NCBI GenBank assembly: GCA_051530055.1
Contig: CM121342.1
Coordinates: 14,089,480 to 14,153,479, forward strand
Source of the DNA: Neoechinorhynchus agilis
Lineage: Eukaryota > Animalia > Acanthocephala
DNA: 64,000 nucleotides
Reading direction: 5' to 3'
Shown one piece after another: positions 52,204-62,699 of the stretch. The notes under the pieces were generated by a model. The model saw nothing but the letters and a program-made list of their open reading frames with translations. It searched no databases and had not been told where the DNA came from. Positions within the stretch are counted from its first letter, which is position 1, and every line of letters begins with the position of its first letter. Position numbers and translations under genes: made by a program.

Positions 52204-53495
52204 TCACGTTTGCGGACCGGTATTTGAAACTTCACGTTTCCTCTTCCATTTACATTCACGAACAATGGCACCATAAATCGACTTTGCCAACTGTTTCAAT
52301 TGTTTATGATCTTCTTCAGCCTGAAAAGAAACACGAATGGCGATTTTTGATTCGATCCATTCAAAAGCGATTCCACCTCGCTCCCCGCAATCCACGCTTA
52401 TACGTGCGCCATCGACACTTAAATTCCCAGTGGCATAGGCTTTAGCATTAAATCTCTGTACCGCAGACCGAATACTGCTCATAACATTTAAATCTTCATC
52501 AAACCTTCGTATGGCCACGAATCCGGCCAATTGGCAAACCCATTTATCGACCATATTTTCGGAATTATTCTTTAAGTCGAAAGTCCATGCAAGCATCCAT
52601 CTGTAGGATCGTCCTTGGCTGTACCCTGACGTTCTAGACCATGCAGATGGGCATAATTCGTTAATGAATTTAAGCAGAGGTTTAATGCTTGCTTTTCTGC
52701 CCACTTGACTGGTAAATAGCCTAATTCTGTCGCTAGAATGTTCAAACGACTCCTTGATTTGTTTCTTAATAAATCCAATTTCGCCACCGTCGCAACATAT
52801 TTCACCTAATTGTCCAGTACCTACACACCGATCGATTTTCCCTGGAGCGCTAGATCGCGCCAATCCCTGAGCCTCAAGAGAATTGGCAAAGAACGGAGGG
52901 TTAATTGAAAAGATTCTTTGAGAAATTATAAGAACCAAGTCGTGTTCTACAAACGGTCAAATCGAAGAATTCACTCGGAAACATCTTGGAGTTTGAGTCC
53001 ACAATGCGAATCTTATGGTTAAGGTCGTTCATGGTAACGTTTTCCTTTGCGATCTTTCGACTAAACTCATCAATTTCGGTGCCAATAAACGTCCAGTTAG
53101 GATGAAAATGGGAAAGTAAAAGCATGTGGATACCAGTGGCACCACATCCGATATCGACGACTTTTAACGAGCTATTTCATCGTAGCAACGTCAGACGGTA
53201 AAATAGCCTTCTAAGGATCTTTAAGACGAAATCCGGCATCCGTGACCGCGTCCTCTACGAAATGAATATAATTGAGCTTTTGTGGGATCCTTGGGATGAG
53301 CCTATCGAGGGGAAGATTGACATGGAGGCCAAAATCGACAGCTAAAATAGCTTTGCTTAGGTGTCTGACTGCGTTAGGATCACTGAAATCAATACGATTA
53401 TTTCCTTCAGAAATGAATTGAAGAAGCGCTGGATACGATTCTGCAAGTTTTTTAAAGTTCAACTTTGTCTTCTTATACCGATTCCGAGGGTGCAT
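52204..53495 (-). CDS. METTL16: METTL16 (U6 snRNA m6A methyltransferase, RlmF-like), two atypical junctions
   Basis: It has MHPRNRYK, IDFSDPNAVRHLSKAILAVDFGL, DRLIPRIPQKLNYIHFVED, VVDIGCGATGI, FIGTEID, NPPFF and QGRSYRWMLAWTF. Confidence 0.9.
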
Positions 53496-53656
53496 CTCTA
53501 CAATAAAGACAATTGGGTAGTTTACAGTGTAAGACACACAAAAAACACTTTCGCCAAGTAAAACAGACGTTCAAAACGTAGCTATTAAAATTGTTGCCGT
53601 GCAGATGAGCATTTTATCATGGGTCTGATTTCAATCGTGGGAATTCCAATTTTTGG

Positions 53657-53761
53657 TAGTTACAACCTTATTAACCTCCCCGATGACTGATTTATTTCTA
53701 TGAATTTTCGTCTGCATGCACAAAAAATCAGTCATCGGGGAGATTAATAGGGTTGCAACTA
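53657..53761. repeat. Palindromic MITE-like element, 37-bp arms with 3 mismatches
   Basis: The arms are TAGTTACAACCTTATTAACCTCCCCGATGACTGATTT and AAATCAGTCATCGGGGAGATTAATAGGGTTGCAACTA. Confidence 0.8.
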
Positions 53762-54022
53762 TCAATAAATTTTATCATATAAAAGTTTATGCGAAAAAAC
53801 ACGAAAGAATTCAACTATACATCGTGACGATTCGACGTTACATCTAAAGCTTTCATCATTCTGGTTGCTCAATGAGTCGGCAATTCCTGGGTGTAACGAC
53901 CAGTTTTGATATTTTGTCTGTTGGAGTTTAAACATTTTGACGTCAATCTCAATGCTCCTTCCAGATCTTTTAAACTAGCAATTTTCAACCTTTTATTCTG
54001 ATCACGACAGGAAACAAATGCA

Positions 54023-54470
54023 ATTCCTATTCTTAGTACAATTAATTCGATGGTTCAAGTCCAATTTACAAAGTAAAAGAGATAAAAGAAGTATTGTAAA
54101 CAATATCTTTTTTTATTCGCTACCATTAGACCACTTTCGTTGCTTTAATTATTCCCTAAATATTGAATATACTTTCAAAAATTCAGAATAGTGTCCTTTT
54201 CGTTGAGGAAAAATGTCATTCTAATTATTCCCTAAATATTGAATATACTTTCAAAAATTCAGAATAGTGTCCTTTTCGTTGAGGAAAAATGTCATTCCTA
54301 TTCTTAGTACAATTAATTCGATGGTTTAAGTCCAACTTACAAAGCAAAAGAGATAAAAGAAGTATTGTGTACAATATCCTTTTTTATTTGCCATCGTTAG
54401 ACCACTTTCGTTGCTTTAATTATTCCCTAAATATTGGATATACTTTCAAAAATTCAGAATGGTGTCCGTT
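54023..54470. repeat. Nested local duplications: a diverged pair of about 180 bp plus a perfect 76-bp tandem pair
   Basis: ATTCCTATTCTTAGTAC...GTGTCC occurs near 54023 and 54294. TAATTATTCCC...GTCATTC occurs at 54146-54221 and 54222-54297. Confidence 0.9.
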
Positions 54471-54564
54471 TTGCTATCACAACCCAAACATGGATTTAGT
54501 TGACGGTCTCACCTTTGAAAACCAAAATATACTTGAGAGTTTTTTTGCTTATAGCTTTTAAGAT

Positions 54565-55303
54565 ATGGCATCGGGGACAGAGGACCAATTATCGGCTAAG
54601 ATTGCACGATTTCACCAGCTAAAGAGGCGTAATGTAAGTTTTCGCTGTAGAGGCCAAAGGATAAGATTCAAGTGTCTAAAACTCGCAGGTCGATGCAGTT
54701 CGACGTAATCATAAAGCCGTAATTGAAGAAGATCGACTGAGTAAGCTTCCTCGGAACCACGAACGCAAACAAGAACGACTAGAAAATCGAAAGCAAATGG
54801 AAGAGAAGAAGAAAGAAGCTGAGGACGCAGGTATTGATTTTGAGCGACTTCGGAATCTGGATTATAGCGCCGAAGAATGTGATCGTTGGAATAGACGATT
54901 AAAGCGAAACGCCAGAAATGATCAATCTTGCGACTTTGAAGATTACACAATGCGGCAATATCATGGTTACACGAAAAAGTGCCGCACATCGATCGACATG
55001 GAGCAGTATGAACTCATGAAGTCAAAAATGAGATCGACGGATTTCTATCCTTCCGCAGATAACCTAAATCATTGGACTCATCGACCGAAAAAGGAGGATA
55101 TAGACCGTTTAACGAATGAGCTTAACAAGCAGGCAATGAGGCGCGTCAAGTCTTTAGTCAGACGACGAGGCATCACCAATATAAATGGAGATATCGATTA
55201 TATCAATGAGAAAAATAGGGTATTCAATGAGACTGTTGAACGGTTCTATGGCACATACACTGCGGAGATCAAACAAAACCTCGAAAGAGGTACCGCTGTT
55301 TGA
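54565..55303 (+). CDS. SYF2: Pre-mRNA splicing factor SYF2, one canonical intron of about 55 nt
   Basis: The spliced reading is ARFHQLKRRN|VDAVRRNHKAVIEEDRLSKLP, followed by GIDFERLRNLDYSAEECDRW and DIDYINEKNRVFNETVERFYGTYTAEIKQNLERGTAV. Confidence 0.95.
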
Positions 55304-55683
55304 TCAACTGTTTACCATATAGAGATTTTGTCCTAGTTGATTGAGGAAGTAGAGTGAATTTCTAGACATTGGCATAATAAAGTGTACCGATAGATAGGAC
55401 AGAGATTTGCGTAATAACTCAATGCCACTTTTAGCACTTGAATAGATCTTTAAAATTACCCTGTTTGCTCCATTTATCATCGACAGAGAAAATCCTTCGG
55501 GGTAATCAAATTGGATTTGGGGTGAGCAATTTATGACTTTAAATTAGACCGTCTAATGAGAGAATGATGAACTTTTTTCTGTCATTTTAAATCAGTTGAA
55601 AACGATCCAAAGTTGTTTCGATCCGATGAACGTATTTTTCAATGAAATATCCCTTTTCAGATATGGCACGATTTTGTTTATAG

Positions 55684-57234
55684 ATGATTGGCAATCATCA
55701 CTCCTCGTTCTCAATGCCTTCCCCAAACCTCTTAATCTGTGAATTCTGCGAAAAAGAAGGACCTAAACCAGTAATATGGCCTGAGGCCATAAGTATGAAG
55801 AACGCCGATCAGTGGGCACTCAAGCTAATCTCCGTGCAACTCAATCCAGGAGACATTTTCATCCTTGTTGATCCAGAAACCAGTGAACGAATGGTTTGTC
55901 TTTATTCTGCTCTTTTGGACAACCAGTATCGTGGGTTCACGAGGACGTATTGTATTGCCGTTCGAGTAACGTCAACCCCTGCGACCACTAAAGCATCGCT
56001 GGGATTCTGTCGATTCCGCTCATTGGTCACTATGCTTGAAACAATCGATCGAAACCTTAAAAGCAGAAATCTGAATGTTTTCAGGCAACAAGCAAACTCT
56101 CATTTGCAATATTTAAAAGTCATAGGGCGACATGACGATTTATTGATCGGTGCACTTAAGAATCTTCGCTTAGTTGATCCCGACCTTTGTCCTCGATTTT
56201 TCGGTATGTCGCGAGATGACTGCGATTTCGATCAGTCAAAAAAAGGAACGAGTTTTAGACGTAGCAAATCTCTTCCTCTCCTCTATTCGGCCTTCACAGA
56301 AAACAAGATTCTCGTTGGGGTTCGTCGGCCTAGAATCTCGTGATGGATTGTATCGAAACATCGAACCCTGTCCCGTTCAATGAACTCGCACTGCTTCAGA
56401 ACGAGGAAGTAGAGCACTTGAGTTTGAGCAGATCGATAGTTATAAAGGGCGGTGTCCGATTAAAAACTAAAAAGTTTTATCGGACAATCACAGACCTCAT
56501 CTTTGCTTTTATGAGAGGAATGTCTCTTGTATATATTGGAGACCGAAATCATTGGTTCATCCGATTCGTATGCAGCATCCTTGAGCAGCCATTAATTGAA
56601 ACCAGTGAAACTCTTCAAGAGCAGTACCGCAACGCGTGTCCAAGAATTCTTAAGATAAATCAGAGAATCTCACATTAAGAGGGAAATCAACAATCAAGTG
56701 TCCTCCTTATTTTTCCTTTAATTTTCACGTTCACATTGAACATAGAGAGCGCGTTTTGACATTGCTTACGCTGCTACTTAATTGAGACACTCTGTATTGA
56801 ACACATTTGATCGCGGACAAGTATCCGATTCCGTGGAAGTCGACGGCTGCTATCTTAATCTCGTGGAAATCGGTGGTATGGCTCGCTTGCCCCAATATTC
56901 AGGAACATATCTCGAATTTATTGTGAGGAGACCGTTGGAAACCATGGAAAAACTCAACTTAAAGGCGAGGCTGATATTCTCCTGCCGTCTTATAAAAGCT
57001 CACCTATGCGTTTTTAACGAGTGGGCAAGCGTTGTTGCTCAATCAAATGCGAACTCGCAAAACCCCATCCAATTTCCTAGTGAGTTTGGTGAGCCAGAAA
57101 AGGAAATCGTCATGTTCCAAGCATGGATGTTGTCCTCAAAAAACCGACATGAATTCCAGAGACCGACGTTTCCTAACAAACTCTACGAAGTAAAAGGATT
57201 TTGTCCAACCGATACACATTGGTACTTTGATTAA
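55684..57234 (+). CDS. SMCR8/folliculin-like uDENN-cDENN protein; exact internal splice sites uncertain
   Basis: NLLICEFCEKEGPKP and LLDNQYRGFTRTYCIA resemble the SMCR8 longin motifs EFSEQVGPQP and LYDLEARGFVRPFCMA. DLIFAFMRGMSLVYIG resembles the cDENN helix-strand. Three ORFs are joinable by GT-AG introns. Confidence 0.62.
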
Positions 57235-57915
57235 ATCATCAGCACTGTGAGAAACTCATCTTTTATACGACGAATACAGCTTCCTTCCCGTGGAAGCTTG
57301 CCCGATATGCTTCATAAAAGCATTGAATTTGACATTTACCAAATTTTGTCGGCTGACTCGGTTTTCCAAGTCATGTAATTGTAAACGACGATTACTAATT
57401 GTTCGTTACTCTCAAAATTGCAACTCGTTTCAAGAAGAATATTTTTGATCTCTTTATGAACTTTTATAGTGCTCCCGTGCTATTAAGCACCCAGATCTCA
57501 GTTCTGGACTATTCATTTTCCACTTTTCGTTCTAGACACGGAAATTTGAAACAATAACTTTCTTCTAAATCCTCTGTTGCGAAAAGGTTACAAATGCATT
57601 TTAGACAAAGTCACTTATGCGATCAAACTCTCAAATTATCCACGTTTCCCTCAAAATAGTACCTTTAAATTCACATTATTTCGTGTATCGTACTAGTTTT
57701 CTTGGCGTTGCGCACCAAGACGGCAGTTCAGTGATCCAGAGCTGCGGTGTGAATGTTAGTGAGATTTGGTCGTGATAAGAGATCAAAGTGATTCGCAAAC
57801 GCTCATGATCTTTGCTTTCTAAATCTAACCGTCCAATTGTGCTATTACCTCTCTCACTTTTATGAGCTTTAAACTAAGCCCGTTTAGGTGTTTTTTGTTT
57901 TTACATAGCGGAAAA

Positions 57916-58063
57916 TTAAAAGAATTTATTGATTAAGATATTTCGAAGGCACAATCATGTACGCCTTTTGATCAAGGTTACCTGTAAGTTTTTAAATATG
58001 AGAACCTTGATAAACGCATACAAGATTGTGCCTTCGAAATATCGGAATCAATAAATTCTTTTA
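57916..58063. repeat. Foldback element with about 60-bp imperfect arms (family E); a single related arm lies at 59771-59830
   Basis: The arm AACCTTGATAAACGCATACAAGATTGTGCCTTCGAAATATCGGAATCAATAAATTC is mirrored by 57916-57979. Confidence 0.8.
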
Positions 58064-58353
58064 ACTTTTACACCATAACACGAAATATTACTCAATTCAA
58101 TAAAATATGTTTTATCTGGGGATTATCATCACCACGTCGTCATCTTTACACAAATGAACGCTCACATTCGTTTGCCGTCTTGCGACTGCTAAAGATTTCG
58201 CTTAACATACCAAGCAACGATGGCCCTGAATCTTTTCGTTTCCGAGCGTATTTCTATAAACCATCATAACACAAAGAGAATTCGAAAGCATCAGTAGTGC
58301 AACTCAAATAGTAGTTTATTTTTCTTAGTTTTTCCATCTCGAATATTCTATAA

Positions 58354-58487
58354 TTCACCGATGATTTATTTCCGATATTTCACGTCGTCTGCAGGGTAAC
58401 GCTATCATGTTTGTTTTAGATGGCAAACCTTGGGGAAATGTCGGAATTATCCAAGAGGTGAAATATCGGAAATAAATCGTCGGTAAA
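58354..58487. repeat. Foldback element, family C, second copy
   Basis: The arms TTCACCGATGATTTATTTCCGATATTTCAC and GTGAAATATCGGAAATAAATCGTCGGTAAA flank the same CAAACCTTGGG.AAATGTCGGAATTATCCAA interior as 44026-44160. Confidence 0.85.
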
Positions 58488-58529
58488 TCATCAATAGAAA
58501 CTCCTTCGGGTTAGTCAAAGTATAATTTT

Positions 58530-59090
58530 GATGAACATAAACCCGGTCGTAACCTATTTGATTTATTTGAGATATTTCGCGAGGTAATCTCGCCTCATCA
58601 GCCATCTAAAAATGAATTTTACACATTAAGGTTTTGAGATCGAGTGCGCGGGAAAGCCAAACCCGAAGTTCGGGGAACAATTATCCGCTCGAACCCCCTG
58701 CGCCGTACTACGTTTTCCCATTGATTTTTGTATTGATTTTTAACACGTCGCTGGCTGGAAGTTTCAAGCTAAAATTAGCTTTATTTCCTTCCATTATGTT
58801 GGTCAGGCCTCCAAAACAAGAGGTCTTTTTAAGTTTTGTTCTATGTCTATAAAGTTGGTGCCACCAAAACCCGCTCGATGCTTGCATGTCTCTTGATGAT
58901 TAGAGATTGCCGAAGAATGCTCAAATCGATCGCAAGCTTGCATATGCCGGGCGACTCTCTTCTTAATGCCCTGCATCGTTTGTCCGATATATACTTTCTC
59001 TCACTGCTCACAGTGCATTCTATATATCCCATGAGTCGGCTAAATTTTATCCTGCCCCTTGAATGCGCTTATGAGAGCACATACTCCTTA
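58530..59090 (-). mobile_element. Penelope-like element 3' end (GIY-YIG plus pLTR with hammerhead-like motif); same family as 33050-33690
   Basis: The minus strand encodes THGIYRMHCEQ*EKVYIGQTMQGIKKRVARHMQACDRFEHSSA, then ATGG-CTGATGA-G-GCGAGATTACCTCGC-GAAATATC-TCA-AATAAA at 58605-58562. Confidence 0.82.
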
Positions 59091-59515
59091 TAGCTTTCTC
59101 TCACAATAGAGAGGTCGATTTGCCAGCTATCGTCTTAGGTCCTCCATCACACTATCTATCCATCTTTTTCGGCCTTCCCCGTTTCCTCTTCCCCTTGGCC
59201 TCAGTACGTCCGGCGCTCTTTATCCAATCGTCTTGCGCTCCTTGCTCGACATGACCGGCTCGACGTCGAACATTTTTCTAGTCTCGGCATTGGGTAGTTT
59301 ATCCCTGCGTGTTACTCCAAGCTGACCATCTCAGCATCCTCATTTCATTTACAATCAATCTCTGCACGTCCTCCTTTTTCGTAGCCCAAGTCCGCTGCGT
59401 ATACCATTGCAGGTCTTACCGCTGCTTTGTACACGCGCCCTTTGAGCTTGTTCAGGAGACGTTTGTCGCACAGGATGCCCGTTACTCTTTTCCAGTTATT
59501 CCACCCGCGATTCCT
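59090..59515 (-). mobile_element. RTE-clade LINE 3' fragment
   Basis: It encodes NWKRVTGILCDKRLLNKLKGRVYKAAVRPAMVYA and RPRGRGRPKKRWIDSVMEDL. Confidence 0.78.
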
Positions 59516-60282
59516 ATAGTATTGTATAGATGAATTCCAATCTTAATCCTCATAATGAAGTAGATCATTTGATCAATGAAGTGCACGCTTCCGAGGTGGC
59601 AAAACTAAGGAAAAACAAGTGTCTTTTCCCCACATAAAACAGTAGTTTTGAAAGAAGCAAATAATCTTCTGCTGGTATCGGTAATCACTACTATAACTGT
59701 TTAAGGATTGAAGTATTCATGCTTGTTTACGAGGCGTAAAAATTAAGGGAATTTATTAAATCTAACCGCACACAACCTTGATAAACGCGTACAAGATTGT
59801 AACTTCGAAATGTCGGATTTGATAAAATTCCGTTGATACCATAACTGCAAAGGAGTAGATAAGTCACAATTAAATTTTAGATTTCATAAATTACGCTCAT
59901 ACGTGAATTTGTATGACTGCATACGTAAAGACCGAATTGTCGTAACTACTATATTTTTCCAATGCGTCGACATGAAAATAAATTCATTGTTTTGGTCTTC
60001 GCTTTTTTATTAAAGAAATTTCGAACCCCGTCGGGTTAATCGTCATTTTGTAAGTAGAGAAAATGTAACGCCAATGGTAAATTCCCAACGAGGCTCGAAA
60101 CTTCTTTAATAGAACAACAAATTTGAGTAATCATTGATAGAAAATCATGGGGGATGATAGAATTTGAATTGTGGTCCGTTTCGGAAAAAAGTATCTAATT
60201 GGAATATTTCGAAAGAGGGTACGTTTTTTTTCGGGGCGGATAACCAAATGAAAATGTCGATATGTGAGGTGCTGGGGAATGT

Positions 60283-60459
60283 GATTGGAATTATTGTTTA
60301 GAAGTCTTTACCAGACGTTTCGAACCTCGTCGGGTTCATCATCAGTTTGTTAGTTAATAATAGACGCAACTAACAAACCGGCGATGAACCCGACGAGGTT
60401 CGAAACGTTTTTAGTACCAAAACATTTAACGAATGAAGACTTCTAAACAATAATTCTAA
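60283..60459. repeat. Foldback element, family A, with two outward-pointing hammerhead-like cassettes
   Basis: The 26-bp arms at 60315-60340 and 60383-60408 (GATGAACCCGACGAGGTTCGAAACGT) are perfect inverted repeats, with further matching inner and outer arms. Confidence 0.9.
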
Positions 60460-60878
60460 CCAAATGACCACACTTTTTTAACAAAAGATTGATTGTGGAT
60501 TACACGAAATTCCCATAAAATCTCTACATTGCGCATTTGCTCGTTCAATCGCAAGTGTCACGATATGAGCGTATTTTTGGTGATCAATAAATCACTCACC
60601 GATTCATTTCATCGACTCAAAATCGATTATTTAATTATCAATTAACAAGAATTGGACACATCCCCCCTTTGGGTTCCCATGGACACTCGCGTTCAGAGTT
60701 GTTTAAAGAATGCGATTGTTGATTATCGAGTATATAACTGTTTTGGCCGGGTGGGAATATCCGTTCGGGTGGATCTGTCCAGTTGGGTGACGTCACAGAA
60801 CATATTTCTTTCGGGTTCGATTTCGACACTCCGAAAAAGGAGAACGATTGCTGCAATGCACACACACCCACATAAAAA

Positions 60879-61919
60879 ATGGAACTAAATCAAGAAACGT
60901 CGATGGAGATGTCTGTTGAACGAAATCAACTGAAGGATCCATCTTTAGGTCATGGATCAAATAGTGGCGGAGACGAAGCGCCGGTGCCGGTTACTAGCTA
61001 TACGACTAATAAATGTCTCGACCAATGGATTGCTCAGTTATCAGAGTGCAAGCCATTAAAGGAAAAGCAAGTGAAATCATTATGTGATCTCGCAAAAGAG
61101 ATATTAACCCATGAATCGAACGTTCAGGAAGTGCGGTGTCCGGTCACGGTCTGTGGAGACGTACACGGTCAATTTCATGACCTTATGGAGTTGTTTAGGA
61201 TTGGTGGTCGTGCTCCGGATACAAACTATTTGTTTATGGGTGACTATGTCGATCGTGGATACTATTCAGTTGAGACGGTGAGTCTCCTCGTAGCGCTCAA
61301 AGTCAGATACCCATCGCGAGTCACCATTCTTCGAGGAAATCACGAATCAAGACAAATCACGCAGGTTTACGGATTCTACGACGAATGTCTTCGAAAATAC
61401 GGGAACGCGAATGTCTGGAAGCATTTCACTGAACTTTTTGATTACCTTCCACTCACCGCTCTCGTCGAAAATCAGATATTCTGCCTTCATGGAGGTCTGA
61501 GTCCGTCAGTGGATACCCTGGACCACATCCGTGCGATTGATCGGGTTCAGGAGGTTCCTCATGAAGGGCCGATGTGCGATCTTCTATGGTCGGATCCCGA
61601 TGACCGAGGTGGGTGGGGAATAAGCCCGCGTGGAGCTGGATACACGTTTGGTCAAGACATAAGTCAGACGTTCAACCATCAGAATGGTCTTAGTTTGGTG
61701 AGTAGAGCTCATCAACTGGTGATGGAAGGATACAATTGGTGCCACGAAAAGAATGTCGTTACTGTATTCTCGGCTCCGAACTACTGTTACCGATGTGGTA
61801 ATCAGGCGGCTATAATGGAACTGGATGATACTTTAGCTTATACTTTTCTGCAATTCGACCCTGCTCCGAGACGAGGAGAGCCGCACGTTAATCGTAGAAC
61901 GCCCGACTACTTTTTGTGA
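60879..61919 (+). CDS. PPP2CA: Serine/threonine protein phosphatase 2A catalytic subunit, intronless, 346 aa with an N-terminal extension
   Basis: It has [36 protein letters not shown] and the C-terminal TPDYFL. It cannot be assigned to the alpha versus beta paralogue. Confidence 0.98.
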   Translation: MELNQETSMEMSVERNQLKDPSLGHGSNSGGDEAPVPVTSYTTNKCLDQWIAQLSECKPLKEKQVKSLCDLAKEILTHESNVQEVRCPVTVCGDVHGQFHDLMELFRIGGRAPDTNYLFMGDYVDRGYYSVETVSLLVALKVRYPSRVTILRGNHESRQITQVYGFYDECLRKYGNANVWKHFTELFDYLPLTALVENQIFCLHGGLSPSVDTLDHIRAIDRVQEVPHEGPMCDLLWSDPDDRGGWGISPRGAGYTFGQDISQTFNHQNGLSLVSRAHQLVMEGYNWCHEKNVVTVFSAPNYCYRCGNQAAIMELDDTLAYTFLQFDPAPRRGEPHVNRRTPDYFL

Positions 61920-62180
61920 TGCCTTATGATTCAACCACCACCACAAGCGCGCAATGTGTGCTAGGTGATAATTATATCCAGTGTCTCTTAGTGGGTTTGT
62001 GAAAGTTCATCATCATTATCATTGATTCGTATTCTATAGAACTATTCATGTGGAGAAACTTGTCTAGTTTTTTCCTCTGAGAAACTTGATACAACTAAAA
62101 AATAAAAAACAAGAATGATTTAATTAATAATCATATCAAGAAAATCCTTACGGATGGTAAATATTCAATGGTTTTTCAAT

Positions 62181-62290
62181 ATAATCCCGGTTAAAGATTC
62201 CTTTCAAGTGCGAAATGAAGCGAGGTTTCCTCTTTCGAAATATTTCATATTCATAAAGTAATCTTTTAAGGGGGGATTATGTTCAAACCC
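62181..62290 (+). repeat. Family B hammerhead-like pLTR remnant with a short inverted copy of its own 3' tail
   Basis: GAAGCGAGGTTTCCTCTTTCGAAATATTTCAT...GGGATTATGTTCA is preceded by ATAATCCCGGTTAAAGATT, the reverse complement of the tail seen near 33654. Confidence 0.6.
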
Positions 62291-62699
62291 CATTCAACAA
62301 TTTAATAACATGCAACTGGGAATAGAACACATTCTGAAGAAGCCCCACGCATAGAGGAAGCTTTATTTTATCGCAATCTTGCTTTTTTCTTAGTATTGCC
62401 ATTTCAGATATTTTAAAATTCGCCGATGATCTATTTCTGATATTTCACGTCTCAAACGATCTGACGTTGTAAACACTTGCAAGAAACCTGAATAAGTCCG
62501 ACGAGAGGGACGAAATATTGAAAATTAACAAATCAATCTCTATTCTTCTCATCATCGCAAAAGAAACATACAAGATAATGATAACACGTTTCTTGTTAAC
62601 AAAAATAAAAAGAAGAGGACCCATGTACCTTTGGGTCCTCATAAGCAATCGAGTTGAGAGTTGTTCAAAAAAGCGTACCGGTTAGGGTGGGTGGGGATT

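Noticed and set aside
56174-56790. Frame changes in the SMCR8-like gene as further non-canonical junctions
   Set aside because: Several canonical GT-AG solutions exist (for example 56204-56258) and conservation is too low to choose among them.
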